From Saccostrea cucullata (taxonomy: Eukaryota), in contig NW_026925447.1 in the NCBI RefSeq assembly GCF_032062105.1, positions 1 through 64,000 of the forward strand: 64,000 nt of DNA. The letters are read 5' to 3'. How positions within the stretch are numbered: the stretch's first letter is position 1; every line of letters starts with the position of its first letter. Position numbers and translations under genes: made by a program. Below the pieces are notes generated by a model, which was not told where the DNA came from, searched no databases, and saw nothing but the letters and a program-made list of their open reading frames with translations. Positions 51,721-64,000 of this stretch are shown piece after piece.

Positions 51721-52548
51721 TGAAGGTCTTCCGTTTCCAGAAGATTATTATTCTTCTTTTTTCTTCTACTTCCTAGACACCAACTTTTAACCCTCATATC
51801 TCACTCATTACTCAATGGAATTTGCTCAAATTTTCAGAGATACTGGTAGTTACTAAATTCTATCAGAATAATTTCTAAAATTTAAAAAGTCACTTCCGGT
51901 CTTGAGTTATTTCCCTTTAAACGAAAAGTTTTAGGCTTTCGTTTCCAGACAAAGGCTCAGACACGGCTAAAGCTGGAGCAAAAATTCTACTGATTTAAGA
52001 TAATAAAAGGATTGAAGTTGTGCAAATCTGTTTTTGTTTTTCAATTTTTATATTCTTATGGCTCTATATAGGGGTAAAAAATTATAACGCTTAAAAGAGA
52101 CAAAAATTACTCATATTTTGCTTTTTATCTTCTAAACTAAAAATATTATTTTAAATCATATAGAACAAAATTTGTGCAGAATTAGAAGATCTTTTAAATG
52201 ATATCTCGAAAAAAAGGCTGACCCCTTAATTAAGGGCTCTAGAGCGGCCATAAGATTTTTCCGGATATCTAAAAAAAAGTATTGAGAATTTGTAATACGT
52301 CCCAGAAGCAACGTTGTTCAAAATTTCAAGCGCAATCTATTAAAGTCTTCAAAATTTGTCTAGCGACGTCACTTCCGGTCAAACTGGAAGTAACCAATCA
52401 TTGCTTATTTATTAAGGTTTTGATGCAAAATTAAAATTATAAATTGACTGGAGACGACTTAGCTCATTGCTTTCTTTTGTTGACGTCACTTCCGGTCAAA
52501 ACAGGACGGAAGACCTACTCGTTGCTTTGCAACGAGCTTTGCTCTAGT
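51721..52548 (+). mobile_element. Non-autonomous Helentron-type element
   Basis: SubTIR GGTCTTCCGT (51726) / ACGGAAGACC (52507), followed by hairpin CTCGTTGC-TTT-GCAACGAG. Interrupts a segment homologous to 31005-31232. Confidence 0.75.
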
Positions 52549-54517
52549 TTTATTCTCTGTCTTTTCCCAACGTTTTTTGTTCTGTTTGTTTTTTTTTTTT
52601 GTTGCCTTTTTTTTAGATCTGCCAACAACATTATGTGTTTATGATTTAATTTTGAAAATAACACGCAAATATACAAGTTCATAACAATTATGAAAACATA
52701 ATACAGACTAGAATATTATCAACATTTAATTTGATCTAAGGACAATAGCTAGTTCATTGGTCAACAAGTAATAAATTATTTTTCTTTATACAATTAAGCC
52801 TATTAAAAATGTGCTTGACAGGGAGAGAATAACTTGCTATTGTCCGAATATTCCATAATAATTTGTTTACTTTAAAAAAAAGGGACTGTTTCAAAAATGA
52901 ATAGATGCTAAAGAGCTTGAGTCAGAAAGTACACAAATTCGCCAGTTTTCAAAATAGGACAATTTTACCTCTAGGTATTTCTACAGACTGTATATTTTGT
53001 CAAACCAATTTTCTTTTTTCGATATCTCTTTTATATTTTCTGTTAGAGGTCTTAAAACGTCATAATGACGTTGTGAATTTCAACACATCTGAGTTCTCAT
53101 AAATAAAGTGGTAAATATTTATTGATTGATGAGAATTTCACAAAAATGTATATTACAATATATTAAAATAAAAGATAACTTAATTAATTTGAAATTATAA
53201 TGCGTTAGGTGTAAACAAGCATATGTACATGTACAAGTGAAAATGACAGCGTGTCCGTTCAGCAACCGTGTGTTTGTCGCTGAACACGTAAATAATTTGA
53301 TGCATTGTAACGTTTTATTTTTGACATTGATGTTTTAAAATAATAAATTCATTTATTCATTCATGGTATTTTAATCAACCTGTACAAATAAAGCCAATTC
53401 CAAGAACGTATAGCAACCCGGGGATTTTAAATGTTAAAGTAAAAATAGTACTGATCACACAATTGATTGCGCCCATGGAAAAAGTGCACTTTTTGCAATT
53501 TTTCTGTATTTTGAGTTTTTCACGGATTTTGGTAGAGTAAGATTAAAAGTTGTCAAATATGATTTTTTTTTGAATACAAAGATAACAAATTCGTAATGAT
53601 GTCGTGTTTTTCAACAACATCAAACGTTTTCAGAGTGAACGTAAAATGATTTTCTTTTGTAATATTACTACGGTATTTAGTAGAACTTTACATAAAATTT
53701 ACCCGGTAATATTTGCACATGTGCAATATTTTATTTCTAATCTTTTTTTTTTAATTATAAATAATTTCTAATAGTTAAATGTATATAGATTATGGATTCA
53801 GCAGTGGTGTTTAGCATTATGAGCGAGTGTTTGCTTAATATTTCACTTTTTATGAACTCAGGGGGAGGGGGAACCTGAACAGCTAGCGGGCGACATCCAT
53901 TCAGTCTTTCTGGAAACAATTATTTTCTCAAACAAAATATTTACATTTACTTGTAATCCATACACTAGTCATTTGATAAGACTGTAGAATTCATTAGAAA
54001 TTATTATTATTGAACATGCATTGCTCTCAATATAGGTCAAGATGTATTTTCTTTGCTTAATTTACTTAACTAATAACACGTTTATTAAAATCAGGTTTCC
54101 TTATTTTGTGTATGTGAGGGTGTGTGTGTTTGTGAATTCAACCCTATGGCAGGGTGCCCATTAATTTATTTTTTTATCATTAGGGACTAAGCAACATGGG
54201 GAGGGGGCAACAATACTTTAACTATTGAAAATTTTCACTGAAAGGTTGGTCGCCCCTACACTTTATACTAAAGTAAAGTAATATGAGGGATGATATATGG
54301 TATTGTAAGCTTAAAAATGGATATTGAACGATTTGGTAGTTGAAAACGTTAGGATTTTCGACTTTGGGCAATTATCCTTTTAACACAATCCAAAACAAAA
54401 AGGGAAAATCAAAATTCCTTTTTTTTCACCCAACGTTTACAATCTGAAGTCATTTTGGTCTTAAAATCCTTATATGTGTCTCCACAAGTTCCCTTTCTGA
54501 AGATTTTTTTTAAAGTA

Positions 54518-55225
54518 TTTGAGGAACGTTCCTCTTTCTAAACTTTAGATGCATTTGTTATGACCAGACTTTTGAGGAACGTTCCTCTTTCTACACTTCA
54601 GATGCATTTGCTATGACAAGAGATTTAGGGAACGTTCCTCTCTCTGAACTTCAGATGCATTTGTTATGACGAGATATTTGAGGAAGTTCCTCTTTCTTAA
54701 CACTTCAGATGCATTTGTTATGACCAGAGATTTGAGGAACGTTCCTCTCTCTGAACTTCTGGTGCATTTGTTATGACCAAACTTTTGAGGAACGTTCCTC
54801 TTTCTACACTTCAGATGCATTTGTTATGACCAGACTTTTGAGGAACGTTCCTCTTTCTACACTTCAGGTGCATTTGTTATGACCAGAGATTTGAGGAACG
54901 TTCCTCTCTCTGAACTTCAGATGCATTTGTTATGACCAGACTTTTGAGGAACGTTCCTCTTTCTCCTTTTCAGATGCATTTGTTATGACGAGATATTTGA
55001 GGAACGTTCCTCTCTCTGAACTTCTGGTGCATTTGTTATGACCAAACTTTTGAGGAACGTTCCTCTCTCGAACTTCAGATGCATTTGTTCTGACCAGAGA
55101 TTTGAGGAACGTTCCTCTCTCTGTACTTCTGATGCATTTGTTATGAACAGACATTTGAGGAACGTTCCTCTCTCTTAACTAAGATGCATTTATTATCACC
55201 AGACATTTGAGTAACATTCCTCTCT
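54518..55225. repeat. 52-53-bp tandem array (~14 units) with 14-bp palindrome GAGGAACGTTCCTC
   Basis: Consensus TTTGAGGAACGTTCCTCTYTCT..ACTTCAGATGCATTTGTTATGACCAGA; isolated cores continue to ~55715. Confidence 0.97.
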
Positions 55226-58200
55226 TACAGATGTGCACATACAGTGTGTATTTTTAAATACCTTATGAATGAACACATCAGGCATTTGAGGAACATTCAT
55301 CTCTCAAATTTACTTATTACCGTAGGCATCTCATAAATTTTCAAATATTAGGCATTAGAGGAACGGTCCTCTTCCAATTTCAAATATTGATACTATATGC
55401 ACCATGTACACTGGAGGAACGTTCCTCTTCAAACTATTGACACTGGATATACTAGTCTAAACACAACATATTTGAGGAACGTTCCTCATCCAATATAAAA
55501 AAAATTGATACTATATACACTGGAGGAACGTTCCTCTTTCAACTTGACACTGTATTTACAAGTTTTAACACACAATATCACAAACGTTCATCAGTCAATT
55601 TCAATTGATAATACATACTACATGTATATTAACAGTACATTTGAGGAACATTCCTCTACCAATTCCTATCAAAACACTACTACCATGACTCTTAATACTA
55701 TGAACGTTCCTCTCCCCATTTCAAAATTTGACACTGGACTGGACAAACATTTCTCTTCCAACTGTTGACAATGGATTCATGTCGAATACTCCTCTTCTGA
55801 TTTCAAATGTTATTATATAACTTTATACATGAATCAGAGTATAATTGGATTTGAAGAAAGCTGAACACCCAGGCACTCCCTAACGTAAAAGAGTAGATAA
55901 TCCTGTTGATTTCATAAAGTCAAATTTCAAGGTTGAGACTATTCTGGCACAGAAAAATAATGTCTGCTTAAAATTTTGGGAACCTTTTGCTTTACAGACA
56001 TCAAACGTAGTATACTGGTACTCCCAAAGGAATAAAGACCCCTACTGATTTTGGGTTACAAGGTGAAAGCACAAGATCTGTAGTCCTCCTAAGAAATATA
56101 TGACAACTTTTAATTTGGGGGTCATAACTCGATTACAAGATCAAGTACGTGTCATTCTTGACAATTAATATTTTAGGAAATCATTTTTCACTCAATTTTG
56201 TGAAAAGCCTCTTATTATTACAGACATTTAACTCGTTGGTACCAATCCTTTAGGAGTATGTACATGATCACATTTTATTTTGAGGTCACTTCTCTGGATA
56301 TCATATAGAAATGTATATCTCATGCTGAATAAAGAGTACATGTTTATTTTTATTTTAAATGAGAAAAAAGGGCAACTGTTTGAATCGTGCAAAAGACATA
56401 AATCTACAAAAAGGAATCGATCAAAAAAGTTATACCATTCCCCTGATCCCCTGCATTTACTTTTATGATATAAAACTGTTGTATACAGCAATGCTTTCTT
56501 ACCCTAAATTTAACAATTTTCTTTAACAATTGAAATTTTATGATATTTATTAAATGAAAAAATCTTTCAGGAAAGGAATCTTACCCTTAGCTTTCTTAGT
56601 ATAGTTCATCCAAAATTAATTTATGAAAAGTCAGTGCATTGACCAGTAAATTCTCTATAAGTTGAACATCCATTGACATTTAAAAATCATGCATGTGTCT
56701 CTACTTACTTCATCACGCAGTTTTTTGACCAAAACTAATTATATATGACTTTATCACAGTATAACACAAAGATATATCGATGTCTAATTTCTCCAATTTC
56801 GAATTCCCCTTCAAACAACAGTTGCATTTATATGATAGCTGTTCACATGTGCAACTGCGACCCTTCCATACATATTTGAATGGAAACATGTGGTGCCACT
56901 AACTGAAGAAATGTCAATCAAAACACTGCACACTGATAATCTTGGGTGTGTTATCAGTCTTGGACACATCCATCTCTCAACTCTACCAAAATATCACATC
57001 GAACGATTGTTGAATTAAACAGGATGTTGCAGTTCTTCACAGTTAAGGATTTATTAAGGTATATATGCAAATAATATTATTATCAATTTATGAAAATTCT
57101 TTGTATGCTTTGTTTGCATAAAAACTAAACTAAAATATTTTATCAATAACTTAGTCAGAGTTGATCAATCCTGCTGAAATATAAGCTGTCAGACACTTCC
57201 AAATACCAGTAAATTAAAATGAGAAATTTACTTTAATTTTAGACAAAATGATATGCCCTGGATTTCAATGTAAAAGAAAACGAATACCCTCATGACACCA
57301 CTTGCAGCAACATTTCAGAGAAATGATTAAAGTGTCCTAAACAAATCAAGTAAGTACCGTAGTCATAATTTTCATTATTAGTTGGGAAAATTAGAAATTC
57401 GATTAATTCCTACATGTATATAATATATGTTTTCAAATGCTGTACATGGCAGAAAATAGATTAATTATATTGAATACAAGTAAAACATGTTTAAAAAGCA
57501 GTGCCAGGGATCGATAGATGATTTTGCATTATTATGAGCGAAATTCTTTATGAAGATAAAAATACATAATTAAGTCACAGGGAATAAAAGCACTTCGCTG
57601 TAACTCAATTCAACATAAGTGTGTTGGCAAAAATCATGTTTTACTGTATTTTGTTATTTTTTTTATTATTATTATTCATTTGGGGGATGGGAGTAAGGAT
57701 GAGTGGGGTCCATGCCCATACTAATTTTTTTGGCTTCCTAACACAGGAAACTTTGATGGAGAATTTGCTCCTTAAAAAATTACCCCCTCCCCCCCCCCCC
57801 TTGCCACTGAACGTATCCTATATACTTTCTAAAAATATGCAAAATATACATATTTATGTAGTGTTTTTAATTTGTATTACCGGGTATATTTTTAATTTGT
57901 AAACTGGCATGATTTAACATGTCCATGTATTAACTATACATTATTGATAGGAGACGTACACTCTTTTTTGAATTAAAGTTTTGGACAGACCTCAGGTATA
58001 TTTTATATGCCAAGTCAGTGTCTTATTTACTTTTTTTTAAATAAAACGTTAATTGATTTGATAAAGAGAACAATAGCTGTGTTTCACCTAGTTCAATCCA
58101 AAAATCATCCGTGCTTGACTAGATGCTCAGCACTGTTAATTCTGATGGTTTTAGAGCAGAGCAGAACACATTCAACGAGGCTCAAAGGAATAATCTAGTG

Positions 58201-61200
58201 TGTCAAAGAATTAATGTGTTTAGATGAAACAGAGCCGTATAGTTTGTTTATGTATAGCCAATGCTGAAATCTTTAACTCTGAGACAATTATCGCTTCGTC
58301 GGCTTCACTAAGTGGTCACTGGTCAAATGTTTATTCTTTCCCAAGATATTGTTAGCTCTTTTACTTGTGTGTATGAACAGGAGTACTTAATATATTAAAA
58401 TCATGTGTTTTTCTTTGCTAGCAATATAGTGACCTTGTCTGATATCATACCCTGCTAAAAAAAAATTAAAATTTTAAGTTAAAGTTAAAATTTTACTATA
58501 AATTGGTTATCTTGAAATATTATGGAAAAAAGACACAAATTCAATAAATTATTATACTCAGTATTGTATCTTTTTAAACTATATGCTGCAGTTAGAATAA
58601 TAAGGATAAAATTAAAAAAAAAAAAAAAACTAATTATAAAAGATTTAAGCACTTTTTTGAAACAATTTACCGGGAAATTTTTTTTCTATTTTTATAAAAA
58701 TTCTGGGCATATTTTGTTGTGTTGTCAACTGCAAGGATTATGATCAAAGCTTAAGTACACGTATACAATTATTACAAAACCTTTATATCAAAGGTTTTTT
58801 TGTCATTCTATATATTAATCTTTTCTAAAAAAAAAAAATAAATAATTTATTACAAACTCACATTTTATGTATTGCATTAATTGTTTTAACAGATATTTAA
58901 TATTAATCAAAGTGGAATGCAGTCCAAAATAGTGAATATGAAGTTTCTTTTAGTTGTCAATTATCACTATCCCACTGAAAAATATATTTTATTCTAAAAA
59001 AATCCAAAGGGGCCATCTTATTTATATTCCTACATACACCTATTGTTAAGGATTACATGTAGTTTAATACTTTAACAATAACTTAAGTATATGCATTATC
59101 TAAGTATAAATAAGTATTTATAATTCAGATCTTGAAAAATTGTATATTAGTTAAACATTTTATATGTATTATCGATCGGCAGATCACGTCTTGTGTACTC
59201 AGTGTCCGGTTCCTGATAAAAGAAAAATAGTATTACTAAAAATACGAGTAACGGTTTCACTAGTTGATACTTCCATCATTTTATGCATATAGCCATAATT
59301 TTGTTTTATTTATTTATTAGGTTTAAGCGGAGAAAAATGCACTATTCAGTTTCATAAGAAAGGTTCATTTTTATAACACATGCCTGATATGTACACCAAT
59401 GAAATTCTTATTCTTAGAAACTCAGTGTTCCAGTGTTGGTGAATGTAATTTCAAAGAGTTGAAGAAAATCTTCTTAATTTATTTCTACATAATGAAAGCA
59501 GATAAGACCGGGGTTAAATAAATTGACCTCGAGTTTTACAGATAACATAGACTTTTGACCTTGCTGCAGCTGGCTAAATTATTAAATCCCAAATGACCCA
59601 CACTGCAATCCAAGATATAGGAAATCTGTGAAATTCAGAGTGCATGTTTCTGAAATTAACAATTAAATAAATTGGTTACAATTGACACTAATTTACTATT
59701 ACGGGGTGACAGAGATTTGCCTGTATCAATTAATATTAATATTTTTTCTGCTGTCCATAGATTTATTACTGAAACATGTAGATTTTAAATTGATTTGTAA
59801 TTTAATTGCATCACTTGAAAATATTAAAATTATTATATTTTAATGTATTTTTTGCATGACATATTGTTATATTTATGGAGAGGAACTTGTAAGTTGCAAG
59901 AACTTGTTTCCAATCCATTTGACTCGTTCAATAAAATATGTTCAAAACAACAATTAAATCAAAGATAGTTTCATAATCAAAGTATCTAACTTTTAAAAAG
60001 GGGGAAGGAAGATGAGCAATTGCCAATCAATAAAAATAAAAAAATTGTAGAACTGTATTACTCAGTACAAAATTTCTTTTAATACATGTGATTATAATTT
60101 AATAAAATATTCTAAATCAATAAAACATTTTTAAGGGCTTTTTTTGGAAATATGGATTCTTATTCCTGCTTCCTTAAGATCTTACAATTGAGTGCAGGAG
60201 ATGTTGTTTTCACATTATTATTATTTTTTTTTACAAAATAATTCTGTGGAATGTTTCTTTGCATTTAATATGTTCAAACCAGATTTTAGCCTGAGATTTG
60301 TTATTCCCGAACTAGAATAATTAGTAAAGGTTTACAGCGTATATAAGTTTCATTACATTTTTTGTTTTTTAAATATATTGAAACTATCCAAATTTTAAGG
60401 AGTAAAATTTAAAACTCTAACAAGGTCTTAATTCTCTCACTGTTTGAGTTCTGTTCTACAATGTAAATTGCTTCAATCTTCTGACTGCAGAGACATGTTT
60501 ATCTATAACACGATCAAGTCATCATAGCATTAGCACTGATCTTTACTGTCCATGAAGTCACAGGGGACAGATAGTTGCCAGAGCTGATCGCCTATAGCTA
60601 GTTTTCCATGAGCATATATGATTGGCAGTGATTAATAACAATTACAATGTGAGCTGGGGCCAGGAAGACATCAAGTCTTTATCTTTAAAGTAGAGAATGA
60701 TGCAGGAATTAGGGTAACTAGACAAATCCCTATTATAGAATCAATTCTTCAGTTTTAAGAAATACACAATAGTACTGCAATATATAATACAAATTGAGAT
60801 TCAGAATGAAAATAGGTTCGTGTAAATTAAAGAATACATTAATAAAACCCATAAAATATTATATGAGACCTGCATGCACTATGGAAAAAGAGAAATAAAT
60901 TAAAAAAATTGATGACTTATATTATCATACATGTATATAAAATGTTCATTGGAGGAGTATGGAGCTTAAGACCTATATATTATTATAATTTACATTTCCA
61001 ATTGTCACTTAGTTTTTAAATTAGTGTTACATGCAAGATATAAAGGAGAATGATTTTTCTCAGACATAATTTGCAAATCAGATTTATTACTGTAGTGTAC
61101 ACGTGTAACATTCGGCGGTGTATTCTTTTTAGCTTTTTGGCGGAAAGAAACATCCGCTAATTTAAGTACAACACTAACTGACTTAAACATAAAACATTAA

Positions 61201-61659
61201 AATGCGCTAAATCATACCTACACTAACTTATTAAAATATCAAGTTCCGCCAAATATAGTACACTCAAAATATAAAACATTTACAGTATTTCATTAAAATA
61301 GTATGAGAAAGATAGAAAGTGTCAAAGAATCAGGGGCATTAAGACCCTAAATATGCCCCAACCATAATGGACAAAATATTATAAGTATTAAAAGAATTAT
61401 GATTGAATCACACCTTTTCAGACATATTTTGATGAAAAAACCACTATAAAGACATTTTGGGGTCAATACAAAAATAACACAATTTTCACTGATTTCTGGA
61501 AATTCTTATTAATTTTTTTTCCCTGTAAATATGATTAAAGAAATAAAAGATGGATGTTTAATACAAGTACAACAGAAATGATCTTACACTTGTGAATAGA
61601 AACTATTTTTTTTAGCTAAAAGTGGTAAAAAAAACGGATTTGAATGTAAAACAGTTGTT

Positions 61660-62952
61660 TTTGTCCCCAGTTTTCGCGAAAGCGGGGGACATTAAATCTC
61701 ATTCGTCTGTCTGTCAGTCTGTAAGTCTGTCCGTCACAAAGACTTTAACCTTGCCCATAACTTTTGATTAAGTGTAGCTATGACTTTCATATTACACATG
61801 TGTATTCCTTGTTACAAGACCTTTCTTTGGGTACCACCAAATTTGACCTTTTGACCTTGACCTTTAAGTTTAACCCACTTTTACACAAAAATTCCAAACT
61901 TTTACTTTGGCCATAACTTTTGAATGGTAGGTACTAGGACTTTCATATTTCACATATGTATTCTTTGTGGCAAGACCTTTCATTGGATACCAACAACCTT
62001 GACCTTTTGACCTTGACCATGGAGTTTCACGTACTTATGAAAAAACTTTAACCTTGACCATTAGTTTTGAACGGTGAGGACTAAGGCTTTCGTACTTCAC
62101 ATATGTAATCCTTGTAAAAAGACCTTCCATTGGATACCAACAACTTTTACCCCTTGACCTTGGAGTTTTAACTACTTTTTAAACTTTAACCTTGGTCACA
62201 ACTTTTAAACAGTAGATACTAGGACTTTTATTTTTCACATATGTATTCTTTGAGTCAAGACATTTCATTGGATACCAACAACCTTTACCTTTTGACCTTG
62301 ACCTTTGAGATTTACATACTTATGAATAAACTTTAACCTTGACCATAGTTTTTGAAATGTGAGGGCTAGGGCTTTCCTCTTCACATATGTAATCCTTTGA
62401 GAAGACCTTTCATTGGATACCAACAACTTTCACCCTTTGACCTTGACATTGAAGTTTTCACTACTTTTAAAAAACTTTAACTTTGGTCACAACTTTTGAA
62501 CGATAGATAATAAGACGTTCATATTTCACATATATATTCTTTGTGGCAGGAGCTTTAATTGGATATCAACAACTTTGACCTTGACCTTAAAGATTTACGT
62601 ACTTATGAATAAACTTTAACCTTGACCATAACTTTTGAACGGTAATGGCAAGGACTTTCATACTTCACATACATAATCCTTGTGAGAAGACCTTTCATTG
62701 GATATCTACAACTTTGACCCTTTGATCTTGACCTTGGAGTTGACCTACTTTAAAAACTTTCACTTTGGCCATAAGTTTTTAACGGTCAGGATTAGGGTTT
62801 TCATCCTTCAAAAAAATCAACTTCAATGATAATTTCTAAATAAATGACAAATGATAGGGTGTTCATATTAGACACAATATGTCATAAAAAATAACATCTC
62901 ACTCACAAAGACACCGAAAGCGGGGCACCACAATTCTTTGAATTTGCTTGTA
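61660..62952 (+). mobile_element. Helentron/HINE (DINE-1/pearl-like) element with internal ~142-bp satellite array
   Basis: 5' palindrome GTCCCC..TTTCGCGAAAGCGGGGGAC, GTCT microsatellite, ~7.5 repeats (AACTTTAACCTTG...TTGACCTT), 3' subTIR GAAAGCGGGG and a small hairpin. Confidence 0.85.
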
Positions 62953-63753
62953 TGTATTTAACATAAAAATACATTGAATGCACAAAGTGAACAAACAAGA
63001 AATGTATTCAACTAACATTTTAAATAACAATTCATTAAACTTGACAAAAATAACAATGAGGGATTTCAGTTTGCATAAACAAATTCCAGAACTCCCATCG
63101 TCCACCTATACTTTTTCCAAAAAGATCATTGATAGAAGTTTAACATCACACCACTCATGCCTTAAACACTACGTTTACTCATAATAAGATAATGTTTATC
63201 ATCCTCACAATGTCATAAAAATGACCTAAGCATCAAAGAATTAGTTATTCTAGTACATGTTTGTCTGGAAAGGTTTTGTAATTACATTGTATTACAAAAA
63301 ATAACAAGTACTATTATATAGTCATGTTAATTATTAACAAAGTTCAATATGCAAATAAACACATTGCATAATAAACTATAATTGTTACTATTATCTGAGA
63401 AATATTTTGTGATACATTATGCATTTTACATCAGTATATTAATTTTGATAACAATTAATCATATGATAATAACAAATCATTTCATTTGTCAAAGTACATA
63501 ATTCATCTTTCAATATTTACAACTGAACTTATTGAACTCATGCAATGAATCTAATATGTTTTTGGGATGTACTATATTTTAATTTCTCAATTATATAACA
63601 GATGTTAAGAAATCACAATTTAAGCATAAAAAAAAATCATAGATACATAAAAATCCCTATTTACAATTAATTAATAACAATATATAAACAGCCTTCCACT
63701 ATATTGTTGAAAACAATAATGGGAGTCTAATGCAGTGGATATTATAACCTGCG

Positions 63754-63816
63754 GATTGATTGACTGATTGTATATTGTTTAACGTCCCTCTTGAGAATTT
63801 TCATTCATATGGAGAC
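63754..63816 (-). mobile_element. 5'-truncated SINE tail
   Basis: GATTGATTGACTGATTGTATATTGTTTAACGTCCCTC...CATATGGAGAC. Confidence 0.85.
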
Positions 63817-63868
63817 TCCTATAATCTGCAGAATGTTCACTCTCAATAAACCAATGTCACAATTCATG

Positions 63869-64000
63869 TCACTCTTCCGTTGCACTCATTTCACTTTCTG
63901 TTGAGCCATCCATTACTGCAGGTTGCACAGCTGCATCCTCAAGGTAGTCAGCCCAGTCTTGAATAGGTCTTACTGCAAAGTTTGTGCGTCTTTCATAGCC
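63869..64000 (-). CDS. Probable C-terminal end of an unidentified protein-coding gene entering from the right edge
   Basis: Open frame GYERRTNFAVRPIQDWADYLEDAAVQPAVMDGSTESEMSATEE* with coding-like GC content. Confidence 0.5.
   Translation of the reverse strand, partial: GYERRTNFAVRPIQDWADYLEDAAVQPAVMDGSTESEMSATEE

Noticed and set aside
54518-55715. Second CRISPR-like array and the ORFs across it
   Set aside because: This is an ordinary tandem repeat, and the ORFs are translations of the repeat.

Overview
AT-rich eukaryotic genomic DNA. The repeat families (V-domain SINEs with AATC tails, Helentron/HINE-type satellite carriers, Tx1/L1-type LINEs, TTAA- and TA-target MITEs) suggest a bivalve, probably an oyster (inference). 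Most short ORFs in the track are spurious. Supported coding content: (1) a minus-strand LRAT/permuted NlpC-P60 gene with an intact domain plus a degenerate second copy (6477-7557); (2) a three-exon secreted PAN/Apple + F-type lectin gene (36511-31947, minus); (3) the C-terminal end of an unidentified gene at the right edge; (4) two decayed Tx1/L1-type LINEs, one with an IMPACT/YigZ (UPF0029)-like domain in its ORF1. The most unusual structure is a 7.4-kb element without recognisable ORFs (23169-30556). It has near-identical split direct repeats, the same TATTTT core at both ends and at an internal end-to-end junction (the geometry of tyrosine-recombinase elements), and roughly 30 or more hairpins with an 8-nt loop (consensus TATGGTCC) on stems that differ and covary. 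Family assignments come from motif recognition by eye; no searches were run.
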